Assembly: GCA_963813715.1 (NCBI GenBank)
Contig: CAWFAK010000017.1
Location: 576,001 to 640,000, forward strand
Direction of reading: 5' to 3'
Length of the DNA stretch: 64,000 nucleotides
From: an uncultured Planctomycetaceae bacterium
GTDB lineage: Bacteria; Planctomycetota; Planctomycetia; Planctomycetales; Planctomycetaceae
The number at the start of each line of letters is the position of its first letter. Within the stretch, counting starts at the first letter, position 1. The translations under genes and the position numbers were made by a program. Shown piece by piece: positions 19,360-29,385 of this stretch. The notes beneath the pieces are model-generated. The model searched no databases, was not told where the DNA came from, and saw only the letters and a program-made list of their open reading frames with translations.

Positions 19360-19857
19360 TTAGCCGGGACGGACGCGGAACAACGGCTGCCCGAATTCGA
19401 CCGAATCGCCGTTCTTCACCAGGATCTCGACGACTGTTCCGCTAACCTCGGCCGGAATCTGATTGAACACCTTCATCGCCTCGACGATGCAGACGACGGT
19501 TTCGGGAGAAATGCGCGACCCGATCGATACGAAGGGATTATCGTCGGGCGTTGCGGCGGAATAAAACGTTCCCACCGTGGGACTGTTGATCGTGATCGTG
19601 CCGTCGGCCGGACGCGTCGCGGGCTGCGTGGGATTGGCGGCTCCAATGGCCGGAATTTCACCGGAGGACGGGGGCGGAGCGACGGCCGGGACATAGACCG
19701 TTTGGGCGGCCTGCTCTCCGCCGCGCCGCAACGTCCACTTCTGATCGCCGCTCTTCAGGCTGACTTCGGTCAGCCCGTGCGTTTCCATCAGCTTGACCAG
19801 CTGCACGAGCTTGTCGAAATCGAAGGGGGCGTCTTGCGGTTTTTCGGCGTCAGACAT
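19360..19857 (-). CDS. accB: Acetyl-CoA carboxylase biotin carboxyl carrier protein
   Basis: SPTVGTFY, the EAMKVFN biotinylation motif and VEFGQPLF. Confidence 0.96.
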   Translation of the reverse strand: MSDAEKPQDAPFDFDKLVQLVKLMETHGLTEVSLKSGDQKWTLRRGGEQAAQTVYVPAVAPPPSSGEIPAIGAANPTQPATRPADGTITINSPTVGTFYSAATPDDNPFVSIGSRISPETVVCIVEAMKVFNQIPAEVSGTVVEILVKNGDSVEFGQPLFRVRPG

Positions 19858-19975
19858 GCGAGCGACCGTCAGTCTCTGCTTCGGCTGAAAAGATGGTCCC
19901 CGGGACAGGCAGCCGTGCCTGGCCGAGGTCTCGTGGACCCTCGGGCAAAGTTGGACGGACCGGGCGACGGCCGAA

Positions 19976-21050
19976 TCACGCCGCGGATTCCAGATCCCGC
20001 GACAGCGACGTCAGGACTTCATGTCCTGTGCGCGTGACGAGCACGTCGTCTTCGATGCGAATCCCTCCCCAACCGGGCAAATAAATTCCCGGCTCTACCG
20101 TGACTACCATTCCCGGTTTCAACTCAGTTTTCGAGTTCTGGGAGACGCGTGGACCTTCGTGAATCTCCAGTCCAATCCCGTGTCCCAAACCGTGACCGAA
20201 ATTCTTCCCAAAACCGGCCTGAGCGATGACCTCTCGAGCGGCCGCGTCGACCGCCGCCCCCGAGACGCCCGGCCGAATCGCCTCGATGGCGCGGCGTTGG
20301 GCCTGCAACACAACTCTATGTAGCTTCTCAAGTTTGGGCGAGATGGTACCGGTGACCACCATTCGCGTCAAGTCACTGTGATAGCCGCTGACGGTCTTCG
20401 CCCCCCAGTCGACCAGCAGGAAGTCCGACTCGCCGATGCGGGCGAAAGTCGGCCGGGCATGAGGCAACGCGGCCCGCGGGCCGACCGCGATGATCGTGTC
20501 GAAACCGGCCTGCTTGGCCCCGAAGTGCCGCATGGCCCGTTCCAGCTCGTTAGCCGCCTGCTGTTCGGTCATCTGCGGCTCGAGCGAGGCCTTCAAGAGC
20601 TGAAAACCCCGCTCGGCCTGGACGATGGCCATGCGAATGTCCGCCAGCTCATCCTCATCCTTGATCAGTCGCAGCGTTTCGACGAGATCGGACTGCGGGA
20701 CTAGTTCGAGCGGCTTGACCGTTTGGGCGATCGCCTGCCACTGGGCAAAGGAGGTGGTCGCACTCTCGAAGGCTAGCTTTTGCAACTTGGCGCGGCCGAC
20801 CACTTCGCCGACGGCTTCGGACAGGGTTTTGGTCCGCGGGCGAATGTGCGCCTCGAGCCCGGGGCACTCTTCGGGGATTTGGGTCTCGAAACGACTGTCG
20901 CTGATCAAGACCGTCACGCCGCGGCCCACGAGCAAAAAACTATCCTCGCCCGTGAAGCCGGTGAGATAGCGCACGTTGACCGGCGACGTGACCAATAGCG
21001 CGTCGGCTCCGACCGCTTTGAGCTGCTTGAGCAGCCGGTCGCGTCGCAGA
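19976..21050 (-). CDS. Xaa-Pro aminopeptidase (M24B family); true start unresolved
   Basis: NVRYLTGFTG, LVDWGA...YHSDLTR, HGLGHGIGLEIHE, VTVEPGIY and GIRIEDD. Homology continues in frame upstream of TTG 20995 (RRDRLLKQLKAVGADALLV) with no canonical start. Confidence 0.9.
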
Positions 21051-21131
21051 GCCGGTCGATCGGCGCGGCTGATCGATCGCCGCGAGCGGCGGCCTCGGTG
21101 CGGCTCGGGCGAGCGGGTCGGCCGGGTCGGT

Positions 21132-22226
21132 TCAGAGTGCGTGGTGGGATAGGATCGCGCCTTCGTCGAAGATCAGGTGATTGACGACCGTCCGCTTATC
21201 GGACGTGTAGACGACGTGGATCTTGCCATCGCGCGTCTGCAGGGCCGTGGGATAGGCGGCCGAGTCGCCCGGCTTGTTCACGATGTTGCGTTTGTAGGGG
21301 TAGCTTTTGTCCTCGTCAACCGAGATCGCCGCCGTGAGCGGCATCCGGGTGTTGCCGCCGTTGTCGTTATAGATCAGCACCAAGTGGCCGTTTTTTAACT
21401 TGATGAAATCGGTGGCCGAGTTGGGATTGGGGAAGTTCGATTCGGTGCCGTCGCTCCAGGTGTAGCCGCCGTCGTGGGATTCCATCCTCACCAGATGCCC
21501 GCCGTCCTGCTGCGTGTAACCTCCGCCGCGACGTGAGTAGGCCACGAGGTCGTTGTCCGTGAGCTGCACGACCGATGGCTGCAGGTTCCCGAACTTCGAG
21601 TGGACCAACTTAGTCGGCGCCCACTCGGTCGCACCTTTCTTCTTCCGGAGGAAAAACGAAGCCGTGTCCGGCCCGACGAATTCTTGATCATGGCCCGTCT
21701 CGCGGTAGACGGGGAGCAAATAGTCGCCGTTGTTGAGCGCGAGCGGCCTCGCCCGGACCATCGAACCTTCCTCGAAGGCCAGCATGTCCGAGTCGGACCA
21801 GGTGTTGGCTCCGTCGCGCGAAATCTTGTATTTGATCCGCGAGTTCGACCAGGTCGGCCCGTAGCGCACAACGTAAAACAGCCAGACGAGGCCGTCCGGC
21901 GCCTGCCAAACGACGCCATTGCCGTCGGAGCGGAACGGCGTGTCGGCGATCACGACGGGCCGAGTCCAGTGATCCGTGCCCTTCACGAGCCGCGAACCGC
22001 GGACCCACGTATCCTCGCCGTATTCGCTCGAGCCGCCGTAGTAGACGAGGTACAGGTCACCATTGGCCAATTCGGTGAAGCAGACCGGATGCTTATACGG
22101 ATCGGGCAGCTCGGGCCCAAAGACCCGTTCGTGACGAATGTCGTCGCCCGCCCGCGCCGGACTTCCACTCGCGAGCTGCCCGAGACCCAAACCGATCGCC
22201 AGTAACCCAACCGTCGCAAATCTCAC
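21132..22226 (-). CDS. Secreted sialidase-family (BNR/Asp-box) protein
   Basis: Asp boxes SRDGANTW and SHDGGYTW; signal-like segment from GTG 22226. The upstream ORF extension is a REP-like element. Confidence 0.85.
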   Translation of the reverse strand: MRFATVGLLAIGLGLGQLASGSPARAGDDIRHERVFGPELPDPYKHPVCFTELANGDLYLVYYGGSSEYGEDTWVRGSRLVKGTDHWTRPVVIADTPFRSDGNGVVWQAPDGLVWLFYVVRYGPTWSNSRIKYKISRDGANTWSDSDMLAFEEGSMVRARPLALNNGDYLLPVYRETGHDQEFVGPDTASFFLRKKKGATEWAPTKLVHSKFGNLQPSVVQLTDNDLVAYSRRGGGYTQQDGGHLVRMESHDGGYTWSDGTESNFPNPNSATDFIKLKNGHLVLIYNDNGGNTRMPLTAAISVDEDKSYPYKRNIVNKPGDSAAYPTALQTRDGKIHVVYTSDKRTVVNHLIFDEGAILSHHAL

Positions 22227-22264
22227 GCTGCATCGCTCCCAGCACGGGCCGAGGCTAATCTCTT

Positions 22265-22306
22265 TCCCCCTCTCCCATTCCAATGGGAAAGGGTCGGGGT
22301 GAGGGC
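22265..22306. repeat. REP-like element (CCCCTCTCCC...GGGAAAGGGTCGGGGTGAGGG); related copy at 44391-44434
   Basis: Hairpin followed by a GGGGTGAGGG tail; a second similar copy occurs in the window. Confidence 0.6.
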
Positions 22307-22523
22307 CGTCTTCGATTTTCGTTTGCCCAAACGGCTGCGTTTTCGCTTCACCTGTACGCCGCGCAGGCTCCGCCACGTCGGCCCAACTTCAAGTTTGCCA
22401 ACGGCGGCTAACGCTGACAATTGATACGCCCGATTTGACGTGCCGGCTTGCGTACGAGATCCTCAAGGGCGCGACGCAGCGTTCGTGCTCGCGATTCAGT
22501 TCTGCCGATTTAAGCGATTTCTC

Positions 22524-23201
22524 GTGACGCTTCCTCTCGATTCGCCGCAAACACCCCGCGATACGCCCGCACAAAATGATGAGCTGGCGCGGCCGGTGGC
22601 GTCCGACGTTCGCCCCGCAGGCGGCGGGGTGGTCTCCTGGATCGTGCTCCTGACGATTACCGCTGCTGCGCTCGCCATTACCTTTGCCCATTTTCCGCCG
22701 ACTTTCAAAAAGCTCGGTCTGTTGGGTGTGGCCTACGGCGTACTGGTCGGCCTGGCCGGAGTCTGGCTGGCGCCCTCGACTCGCCGCGTCCGCCTCCGGC
22801 CCTGGTTATGGACGTTTCTAGTGGTGATCCTGGCCGTCGCCGGCCAGATCGGCATCGCGGTGGAATCTTTTCGTCTGACCTGGGCGGAGGAGCAGCGGCT
22901 CGAGCGAGCCAACCCGAATCAATTGCTGGCCCGACAGCTGCTCGAGTCGGTCCAGGAACCGCCCGACGCAAAGTCACAGGCCTCGCTCGACGAGTTTCGA
23001 CGCACCCACGTCCGAGCGGGCGACTCTTTCGGCGACTACCTCGAATTTCGCGTTTCCAATCTGGGCATTCGCTCCAAATGGGGGGCGGTCTTGTTTTGGG
23101 CGGCCGAGGTGGTTCTGGGCGGCCTGGCCGCGGGGTGGATCTTTTTCAGGCGGAGCGGGGCAAAGTCCTTCTGCCCTTCCGCCGCCGGCGGCTGCGTTTG
23201 A
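22524..23201 (+). CDS. Hypothetical membrane protein (about 4 TM)
   Basis: Multiple hydrophobic helices; co-oriented upstream of acpS. Start uncertain. Confidence 0.7.
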   Translation: MTLPLDSPQTPRDTPAQNDELARPVASDVRPAGGGVVSWIVLLTITAAALAITFAHFPPTFKKLGLLGVAYGVLVGLAGVWLAPSTRRVRLRPWLWTFLVVILAVAGQIGIAVESFRLTWAEEQRLERANPNQLLARQLLESVQEPPDAKSQASLDEFRRTHVRAGDSFGDYLEFRVSNLGIRSKWGAVLFWAAEVVLGGLAAGWIFFRRSGAKSFCPSAAGGCV

Positions 23202-23279
23202 CGCCACGGGCGGCTCCGCTAAGCTGGAAGAATGACCCTCAAGCCGCCGCATCCGCAGCCCAATTTGGGAAGGGCGACC

Positions 23280-23681
23280 ATGATCGTGGGAGTCGGCACT
23301 GACATCGTCGAGATCCCGCGCATCGGCAAGATGATCGAACGGCACGGCGAGCACTTTCTGCAGCGGGTCTACACGGAGGAGGAAATCCGCTACTGCCAGC
23401 GGCGCAAGGAATCGTTTCAGCACTTTGCCGGTCGCTGGGCCGCCAAGGAGTCTGTGATGAAGACCCTCGGCACGGGCTGGACGCGGGGCGTCGGCTGGCT
23501 CGATATCGAAGTGGCCACCAAGCGCTCGGGCCAGCCGGTGATCAACATTCGCGGCAGCGCTCGCGAAATTGCCGATCACCTGGGCATTGGCGAAGTTCTG
23601 ATCTCGATCTCGCACTGCCGCACCTACGCCATGGCCACGGCGATTGCATTGGGATTGCCGCAGCACGACAGCGTGAAGTGA
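23280..23681 (+). CDS. acpS: Holo-[acyl-carrier-protein] synthase
   Basis: MIVGVGTDIVEIPRI, FAGRWAAKESVMKTLGTG and ISISH. Confidence 0.95.
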   Translation: MIVGVGTDIVEIPRIGKMIERHGEHFLQRVYTEEEIRYCQRRKESFQHFAGRWAAKESVMKTLGTGWTRGVGWLDIEVATKRSGQPVINIRGSAREIADHLGIGEVLISISHCRTYAMATAIALGLPQHDSVK

Positions 23682-23813
23682 CCGACCTGCAAAGTGACGG
23701 CCGGGCACGGTATCATTTCGGCGAATCGGCCGACCCTGCAGGTTGCAACGGCGGCGCTCAGTTTCGAACAAAGACGTATCGAACAGAAATACGGTGAAGG
23801 AGGCTTTGGGCTC

Positions 23814-25178
23814 ATGTACCTGGCGAACCGCCTGGCGGAGTATGCGGCGAAGTTGCGATACGACCAGCTGGACCCGGCCACCGTTCACGAAGTGCGCCGC
23901 CGGCTGATCGACTCTCTGGCGTGTGCGCTGGGAGCCTACGACGCCGGCGCTCCGTCGGTCGCGCGACGCGTCGCGGGTCGCGTCAACTGCCAGCCGGGGG
24001 CCAGCTTTCTGGGCGGCCGCAACAAGACCGTGCCGCCGCTGGCCGCGTTTTGTAACGGCATCCTGTTTCGCTACCTCGACTACAACGACACCTATCTCTC
24101 CCTCGAGCCCGCTCACCCCAGCGACAACTTCGCGGCCGTCCTCGCCGCGGCCGAGGCGGCCGGCGCCGGCGGCAAAGAAATCATTACGGCCGTTGTGCTC
24201 GCCTACGAAATCCAGTGCCGGCTGTGCGACGCCGCGTCGATCCGCAAGCACGGCTGGGATCATGTGACTTACGGTGCCTTTTCGACGGCGGCGGCCGCGG
24301 GCAAGCTGCTCAAGCTGAACGCCGAACAAATCACGCAGGCTCTTAACCTGGCCGGCACGCCCAACGTCACGCTGCGACAAACGCGGGCGGGCGAATTGTC
24401 CGAGTGGAAGGGCTGCGCGTTCGCCAATGCTTCGCGAAACGGAGTCTTCGCCGCGCTGCTCGCTGCGGAAGGGCTGACGGGGCCCGCGCCGATCTTCGAG
24501 GGCGAAATGGGATTCTTCAAACAGGTCTCCGGACCGTTGACGCTGCCCAAGTTGGGGGGTGAAGTCGGTGGCGACGACTTCATGATCAAGAAGACGTCCA
24601 TCAAGTTCTGGCCCGCCGAGTATCACTCGCAAAGTGCCATTCATGCGGCCCTCGAGCTGCGTCGCGAAATTCGCGATCGCTCCAAGATCCAATCGATCGA
24701 CATCGAATCGTTCGACGCGGCCGTCGACATCATCGGCAAGGATCCGGAGAAATGGCGGCCCAAGACCCGCGAGACGGCAGACCACAGCCTGCCCTATTGC
24801 ACGGCCGTCGCGCTCATGGATGGCGACGTCACGCTGGACTCGTTCAGCGACGCGCGGCTGCATGACGAGGCCCTGCTCGACCTGGTCGCTCGGATCAAGA
24901 TCCATCGGAACGCCGACCTCACGGCCCGTTATCCCAAGGGAATTCCCAACCGCATCACCGTCACCCTGCAGGACGGCACCCAGCTGACGGCCGAAAACGA
25001 ATTCCCCCGTGGCCACGATCAGAACCCGATGACCGACGAGGAAGTCGCCGCGAAATTTCACCGCACAGCGAAGGGACGCCTCGACGCAGCCGCCCAAGAG
25101 CGGGTGCTCGATCTGTGCTGGCACCTCGAGTCGCTCGACGACGTCGGCAAGCTCTTCGCGCTCTTCCCGCCGGCGTGA
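23814..25178 (+). CDS. prpD: MmgE/PrpD family protein (2-methylcitrate dehydratase-like)
   Basis: RYLDYNDTY, HPSDN, WDHV, LSEWKG, KFWPAEYHSQSA and ETADHSLPY. Confidence 0.9.
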   Translation: MYLANRLAEYAAKLRYDQLDPATVHEVRRRLIDSLACALGAYDAGAPSVARRVAGRVNCQPGASFLGGRNKTVPPLAAFCNGILFRYLDYNDTYLSLEPAHPSDNFAAVLAAAEAAGAGGKEIITAVVLAYEIQCRLCDAASIRKHGWDHVTYGAFSTAAAAGKLLKLNAEQITQALNLAGTPNVTLRQTRAGELSEWKGCAFANASRNGVFAALLAAEGLTGPAPIFEGEMGFFKQVSGPLTLPKLGGEVGGDDFMIKKTSIKFWPAEYHSQSAIHAALELRREIRDRSKIQSIDIESFDAAVDIIGKDPEKWRPKTRETADHSLPYCTAVALMDGDVTLDSFSDARLHDEALLDLVARIKIHRNADLTARYPKGIPNRITVTLQDGTQLTAENEFPRGHDQNPMTDEEVAAKFHRTAKGRLDAAAQERVLDLCWHLESLDDVGKLFALFPPA

Positions 25179-25194
25179 TTGGGGGCGCGTGATT

Positions 25195-25284
25195 GTAGGG
25201 TGTGACAAGGCCGCAGGCCGCGGGCACACCGATTCTCTGGCGGTTGACGAAATGGTGTGCCGGCGCTCGCTGGTCACACCCTGC
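25195..25284. repeat. GTAG-type REP doublet (REPIN-like hairpin) between convergent genes
   Basis: GTAGGGTGTGAC...GGCACACC...GGTGTGCC...GTCACACCCTGC nested inverted repeats. Confidence 0.7.
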
Positions 25285-25312
25285 GACACTGATCACCGTC
25301 AATGAACGGCGA

Positions 25313-27122
25313 CTACTTCGCCAAGTCGACTTCGTAGCATGCGGCTTCGGCGTCGTTGCGGACGAGCAGATGCTTTCCCGCCAAGGCCGGGCAGTTCCAC
25401 GTTTTGCCGGTGAGAGCGGGTACTTTGCCGTGCTCCACGAGCTTTTTGGGGTTGGCCTCGATCAGGACGACCGGTCCCGGCTCCGTCTGCACGATGATCA
25501 GATCGTCGACCAGCAGAATCTGGCCGTGCCCGTAACGGCCCCCCTTCCATTTTTGCTGCCCGGTTTTCACGTCCACGCACTGCATGATGCCGTCGTCGAG
25601 CCCGTACACGTAATCGCCGTAGAGTACGGCCGTCGTGAATTTGGTCTTCATGTGGCGGCTCGGTTGTTCCCAGACCGGGGTCGCCGACCAGGTTCCCTTG
25701 TCGTCACGAGCGATTTTGAGCAGTTGGCTTCCTTTCGCGTAGCCGGCCGTGACCAGGACCTGGTCCGGCGCCCCAGCGTGCACGATCGGCTGCGAACACA
25801 TTACGCCGTCTTCGTTCGACCAGTCGTAATGCCAAAGGACCGTTCCGCTGCGGGGGTCGTGTCCCGTGAGTCCTGCGCGTGGTGTTGTTGAGAATCTGCG
25901 CCGAGGAGCCGAACGTCGCCAGCATGGGCGAAGCGTACGCCGCCGGATCGTGCCCCTTGGCCCACACGCGCTCGCCGCTCTCGCGCTTGTAGGCCGCCAG
26001 GCTGGCGTCCGCCTTGCCGGTCGGATCGACGATCACCAGGTCGTCAACGATCAGCGGGGATCCGCTCACGCCGTGACCGGGGAAATCGCCGCCGACGTCG
26101 GCCAGAATGTTCTTCGACCAGATGACGTGTCCCGTGCCGCCGTCGAGGCAATTGAAGATGCCCGTCGCCCCGACGGAATAGACGCGGCCTTCGTAGATCG
26201 TCGGCGTGGACCGCGGGCCGGGGCCGCCCATCAATTGCGTTTTGGGTAGCTCGGCATCATCTTTGTGCACCCAAACTTCGCGGCCGGTTTTTAGCTCACG
26301 GGCGACGACGCACTCCTGATTGCCCCGCTGCTCGAGCGTGAAGGCATAACCGCCGACGACGGAAAAGCTGCCCCAGCCGGCGCCCGTCGGCACTCGCCAC
26401 AACTCGCGCGGCGGATGCTCGTTCCAGTCCCGCGCCAGCTTCACGTTATGCAACACGGCCGTGCGGTCTGGGCCTTGGAACGCGGGGAAATCGGTCAAGC
26501 GGTTTTCCACCAGCTTGATCCCCTGCCCCTCGAGCTCGCCCGCCTGCGTCGTGAAGCTGGCCGTTTTGCGCTGCGAACGCAGGGCGAAGTTGACATGCGT
26601 ATCGCCGCTGAGGCCGGTGACTTCAAACAGCGTGAGATAGGGGATCGTGGCGAAGAGAAGCACGCCGAGCACCGGTCCCCGCACCAGCCAGGGGATGGGA
26701 ATAAAGAAAATCCAGGCCATCCACAGAATCCAGAGCGTCGCCGGGAAGAACCCCGCGAAGACCAGCCAGGCGGGCACCTGGTCCCCGTTGTAGGCGAAGA
26801 CCAGGAACGCATAGAACGCCGACCAGATGGCGAACACGATGCCGAAGGCGATCCAAGCGGTGCGGCGACTGAACTGCGGGGCCAGCCCCAGCGTCAACAG
26901 CATGATGGCGGGCGTCGCGATCAGCAGCATGACCAAAAACCGCGGCTCGATCACCCGGTATTGCGAGTACGTCACCAGCTCGCGCCCGTAGGCGTAGGGC
27001 AAGACCACGGTGGCTGCCATCGCAAGAACCAATCGCGTCCGGCTCACGATGGCCTGCCAGCCGCAACGCGCTCCGGCCGCCGTTAAAGCGAGGCTGGGAG
27101 CATTTTCCGACATCGCCGACAT
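25313..27122 (-). CDS. Membrane-anchored PQQ-binding-like (BamB-like) beta-propeller protein; frameshift near 25880
   Basis: N-terminal TM helices; FQGPDR, GPRSTPTI and AYASP; C-terminal KTWNCPALAGKHLLVRN in a second frame. Confidence 0.85.
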
Positions 27123-27263
27123 GGATCTCTCCCGAGGAAACGATTGCTGCAATCAGACATCATCTACGGTAATCGATCCATCCGCCGAAGGAAAAGGCGC
27201 CCCAGGATCGGCGGCGAGGCCGCTTGACTTCGCTCGCGCGGCGAGCGAGTTCTTGGATCGTCG

Positions 27264-27758
27264 ATGAGCGACCGTTTGCTACAACCCAACCACGAGCGCC
27301 GCCTGCTGACCACGTTTCGGCACGTCGACGAACTCGTTTCGCAGGCCGTGGCGCGGCTCGAGCCGGCTTCCTCCGACTCGCCCCTATCCGAGTTTGTGCG
27401 CGACGGCCAGGCCGCGCAGTACCAGGCGGCGGCGGCATTTCTGAACGGACTCCGCGAGCGGATGGGTCGCTTTCTCGCGGACCATCAAATCCCGGTCCCC
27501 AAGCGCAACGTCAGCGCCTTGTGGGCCGCCCACACGGCTTGCCAGCACGCCCGGCTCTCCGTCGAGGAGCTGCGGGCCAGCCCGATGCGCGGCTGCGGCA
27601 AGCTGACCCCCGCGGCCGAGCGCGAATTGGAAACGCTTGCCGACGGACTTTCGAGCGTCCTCCAACGTATGAGCGATCTCCTCGCTCCCCCGGCGCCGCC
27701 TGCTGCGGCGAACTCAAATCCGGCCCCTGCCCCGCCCCCGGCTGGACCCAGCGATTGA
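27264..27758 (+). CDS. Hypothetical helical protein resembling the N-terminal segment of some bacterial dynamin-family proteins
   Basis: NHERRLLTTFRHVDELV...SVEELRASPMRGCG. The resemblance is from memory; no GTPase motif is present. Confidence 0.6.
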   Translation: MSDRLLQPNHERRLLTTFRHVDELVSQAVARLEPASSDSPLSEFVRDGQAAQYQAAAAFLNGLRERMGRFLADHQIPVPKRNVSALWAAHTACQHARLSVEELRASPMRGCGKLTPAAERELETLADGLSSVLQRMSDLLAPPAPPAAANSNPAPAPPPAGPSD

Positions 27759-27793
27759 GGCTGGTACTGCAGCTGCAATGCTGCGGCTGGCGA

Positions 27794-28576
27794 TCAGGCG
27801 TCGGCCGCCGCGGCTCCATCCCGATACAGGATAACGACGACGTATTCCATCGTGATCATGCCTTCCTGGACCATCTCGTCCAGGTGTGGCAGCAGCCGCT
27901 TGACCTGCTCTTCCGTATCGACGATCTCAATCACGATCGGGAGGTCCGTCGACATTTCTAACAGCGACGTGCTGTGCACGACGCTGCGAGCGCCGAAACC
28001 CTCGGTACCGCGGAGCACCGTCGCTCCGGCCAGCCCCAGCTCGCGGGCTTTGGCGACGATGGCGTCGTGCAGCCGCTGGTTGGCGAAGCGGTCCGATTCC
28101 CCGATAAAGATCCGCAAGAGAATGCCGTGTTCGTTGACCTTCATACGTCCCCTCTCTGCGATCTCGGCCTTCTTTACGATGTCGGGAACCGTGGACAACG
28201 GCTGGAGCAAACCGCCCAGCTTCAGTTCGCCGGGCTCGTCGTGCCGGCGGTCGCGATAGAGCATCACGTTGGCCCGCTCCAGCGTGACCATGCCGTGCTG
28301 CATGATCTCTTCGAGCGGTCCCTCGACGAAATTCACAATTCGCTCGCCGCTGTCGACGATTTCCACGATCACAGGAACGTGCTCGACGATGCTCCATGCC
28401 GAACGCTGGATCAGCCCGTGCGAGCCGTAGCCCACAATCCCCCGCAGCACGGTCGCCCCGGCCAGGTGCTCCTTTCGTGCCGCCTTCACCAGCCGCTCGA
28501 ACGTCGGCGTATGCGGGGCCCGATCCGCACTTTGCAGATAGGCCCGCAATAAGACCTGTTCGCCGAGAAGGCTCAT
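27794..28576 (-). CDS. Tandem DUF190 (PII-like) domain protein
   Basis: Two copies of LAGATVLRGxxG(Y/F)G...P(V/I)(I/V)(V/I)EIVD; directly downstream of crcB. Confidence 0.9.
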   Translation of the reverse strand: MSLLGEQVLLRAYLQSADRAPHTPTFERLVKAARKEHLAGATVLRGIVGYGSHGLIQRSAWSIVEHVPVIVEIVDSGERIVNFVEGPLEEIMQHGMVTLERANVMLYRDRRHDEPGELKLGGLLQPLSTVPDIVKKAEIAERGRMKVNEHGILLRIFIGESDRFANQRLHDAIVAKARELGLAGATVLRGTEGFGARSVVHSTSLLEMSTDLPIVIEIVDTEEQVKRLLPHLDEMVQEGMITMEYVVVILYRDGAAAADA

Positions 28577-28596
28577 GGCGGCTCTCGAATTCTCCG

Positions 28597-28998
28597 TCAG
28601 CGGCCGGCCAGTGCGACGCCCAGCCGCACCGCGATGACGCCCCCGATCAGACTGCCCAGCATGTAAGCCAGTGCCTTGATCCCCGACCCCTCTTCGAGCA
28701 GCGCGCTCGATTCGTAGGCGAAGGTCGAAAACGTCGAGTAGGTCCCGATAAACCCGACCGCCACGGCTAGCCGCACGGTGTCCGACACGCCGCGGCTGGT
28801 GACGATCGTCATAAACCAGCCGATGAAAACGCACGCCGTGATATTGATGATGAACGTGCCGACGGGAAAGCCGGTGCCGAACAGCCGGCCGCACGCGACT
28901 CCGACGAGATAGCGGAGGATCGCCCCGACCGACGCCGCCACCCCGATCGCCACATAGGGCGCGAAAAACGTCGCCGCGCTTTGAATCACGTCCCTCAT
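28597..28998 (-). CDS. crcB: Fluoride efflux channel FluC/CrcB
   Basis: GAILRY, FPVGTFIIN and GFIGTYSTFSTFAYE; GGAGG RBS. Confidence 0.95.
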   Translation of the reverse strand: MRDVIQSAATFFAPYVAIGVAASVGAILRYLVGVACGRLFGTGFPVGTFIINITACVFIGWFMTIVTSRGVSDTVRLAVAVGFIGTYSTFSTFAYESSALLEEGSGIKALAYMLGSLIGGVIAVRLGVALAGR

Positions 28999-29058
28999 CG
29001 CCCCTCCGGAATCGGATGACGCGGTCTCAGGAAACGGCACGAACGGTCGCACGACTCC

Positions 29059-29100
29059 AAAAAAAATCCCCCACCGGAAGGCACTGCCTTCTAGTAGGGG
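29059..29100 (-). terminator. Riboswitch expression-platform terminator
   Basis: Minus strand reads CCCCTACTAGAAGGC-AGT-GCCTTCCGGTGGGGG-A-T8 and overlaps the 3' end of the aptamer. Confidence 0.8.
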
Positions 29101-29179
29101 TCATCAGCCGGTTCTGGGTGACACTGGCGGCTTGTCCGTCAGTGTTCTTGAATCGGCGGTTTCGGCGAACCCCATCGCC
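29094..29179 (-). ncRNA. Fluoride (crcB) riboswitch
   Basis: GGCGATGGGGTTCGCC-GA-AACCGCC...GGCTGATGACCCCTAC matches the aptamer consensus and lies upstream of crcB. Confidence 0.92.
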
Positions 29180-29385
29180 TCGAATGTTCGACTACGCACG
29201 CATTCTAAGCGAACGAACACACGTCGAAAAGCCTGCTTGCGGCAAACTCGCCCGCGCACTCACACGCAGTGATCGAGCGGGGGGGGCATGCCGATTTTCT
29301 TTGAGAGAGCATGCCGATCGGGTATGCTCACGAGCGGGTGCTGGCGTCCGGTCACGTTGGGCAAAAAGTGGAGGGCCGTCCTCCG

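Noticed and set aside
18052..25289. Very long antisense ORFs (18052..20037, 22974..25289; likewise 7199..8779, 47463..48845, 50993..52630 and 59711..61324)
   Set aside because: They mirror well-supported genes on the opposite strand and have no motifs; this is expected from GC3-biased codon usage.
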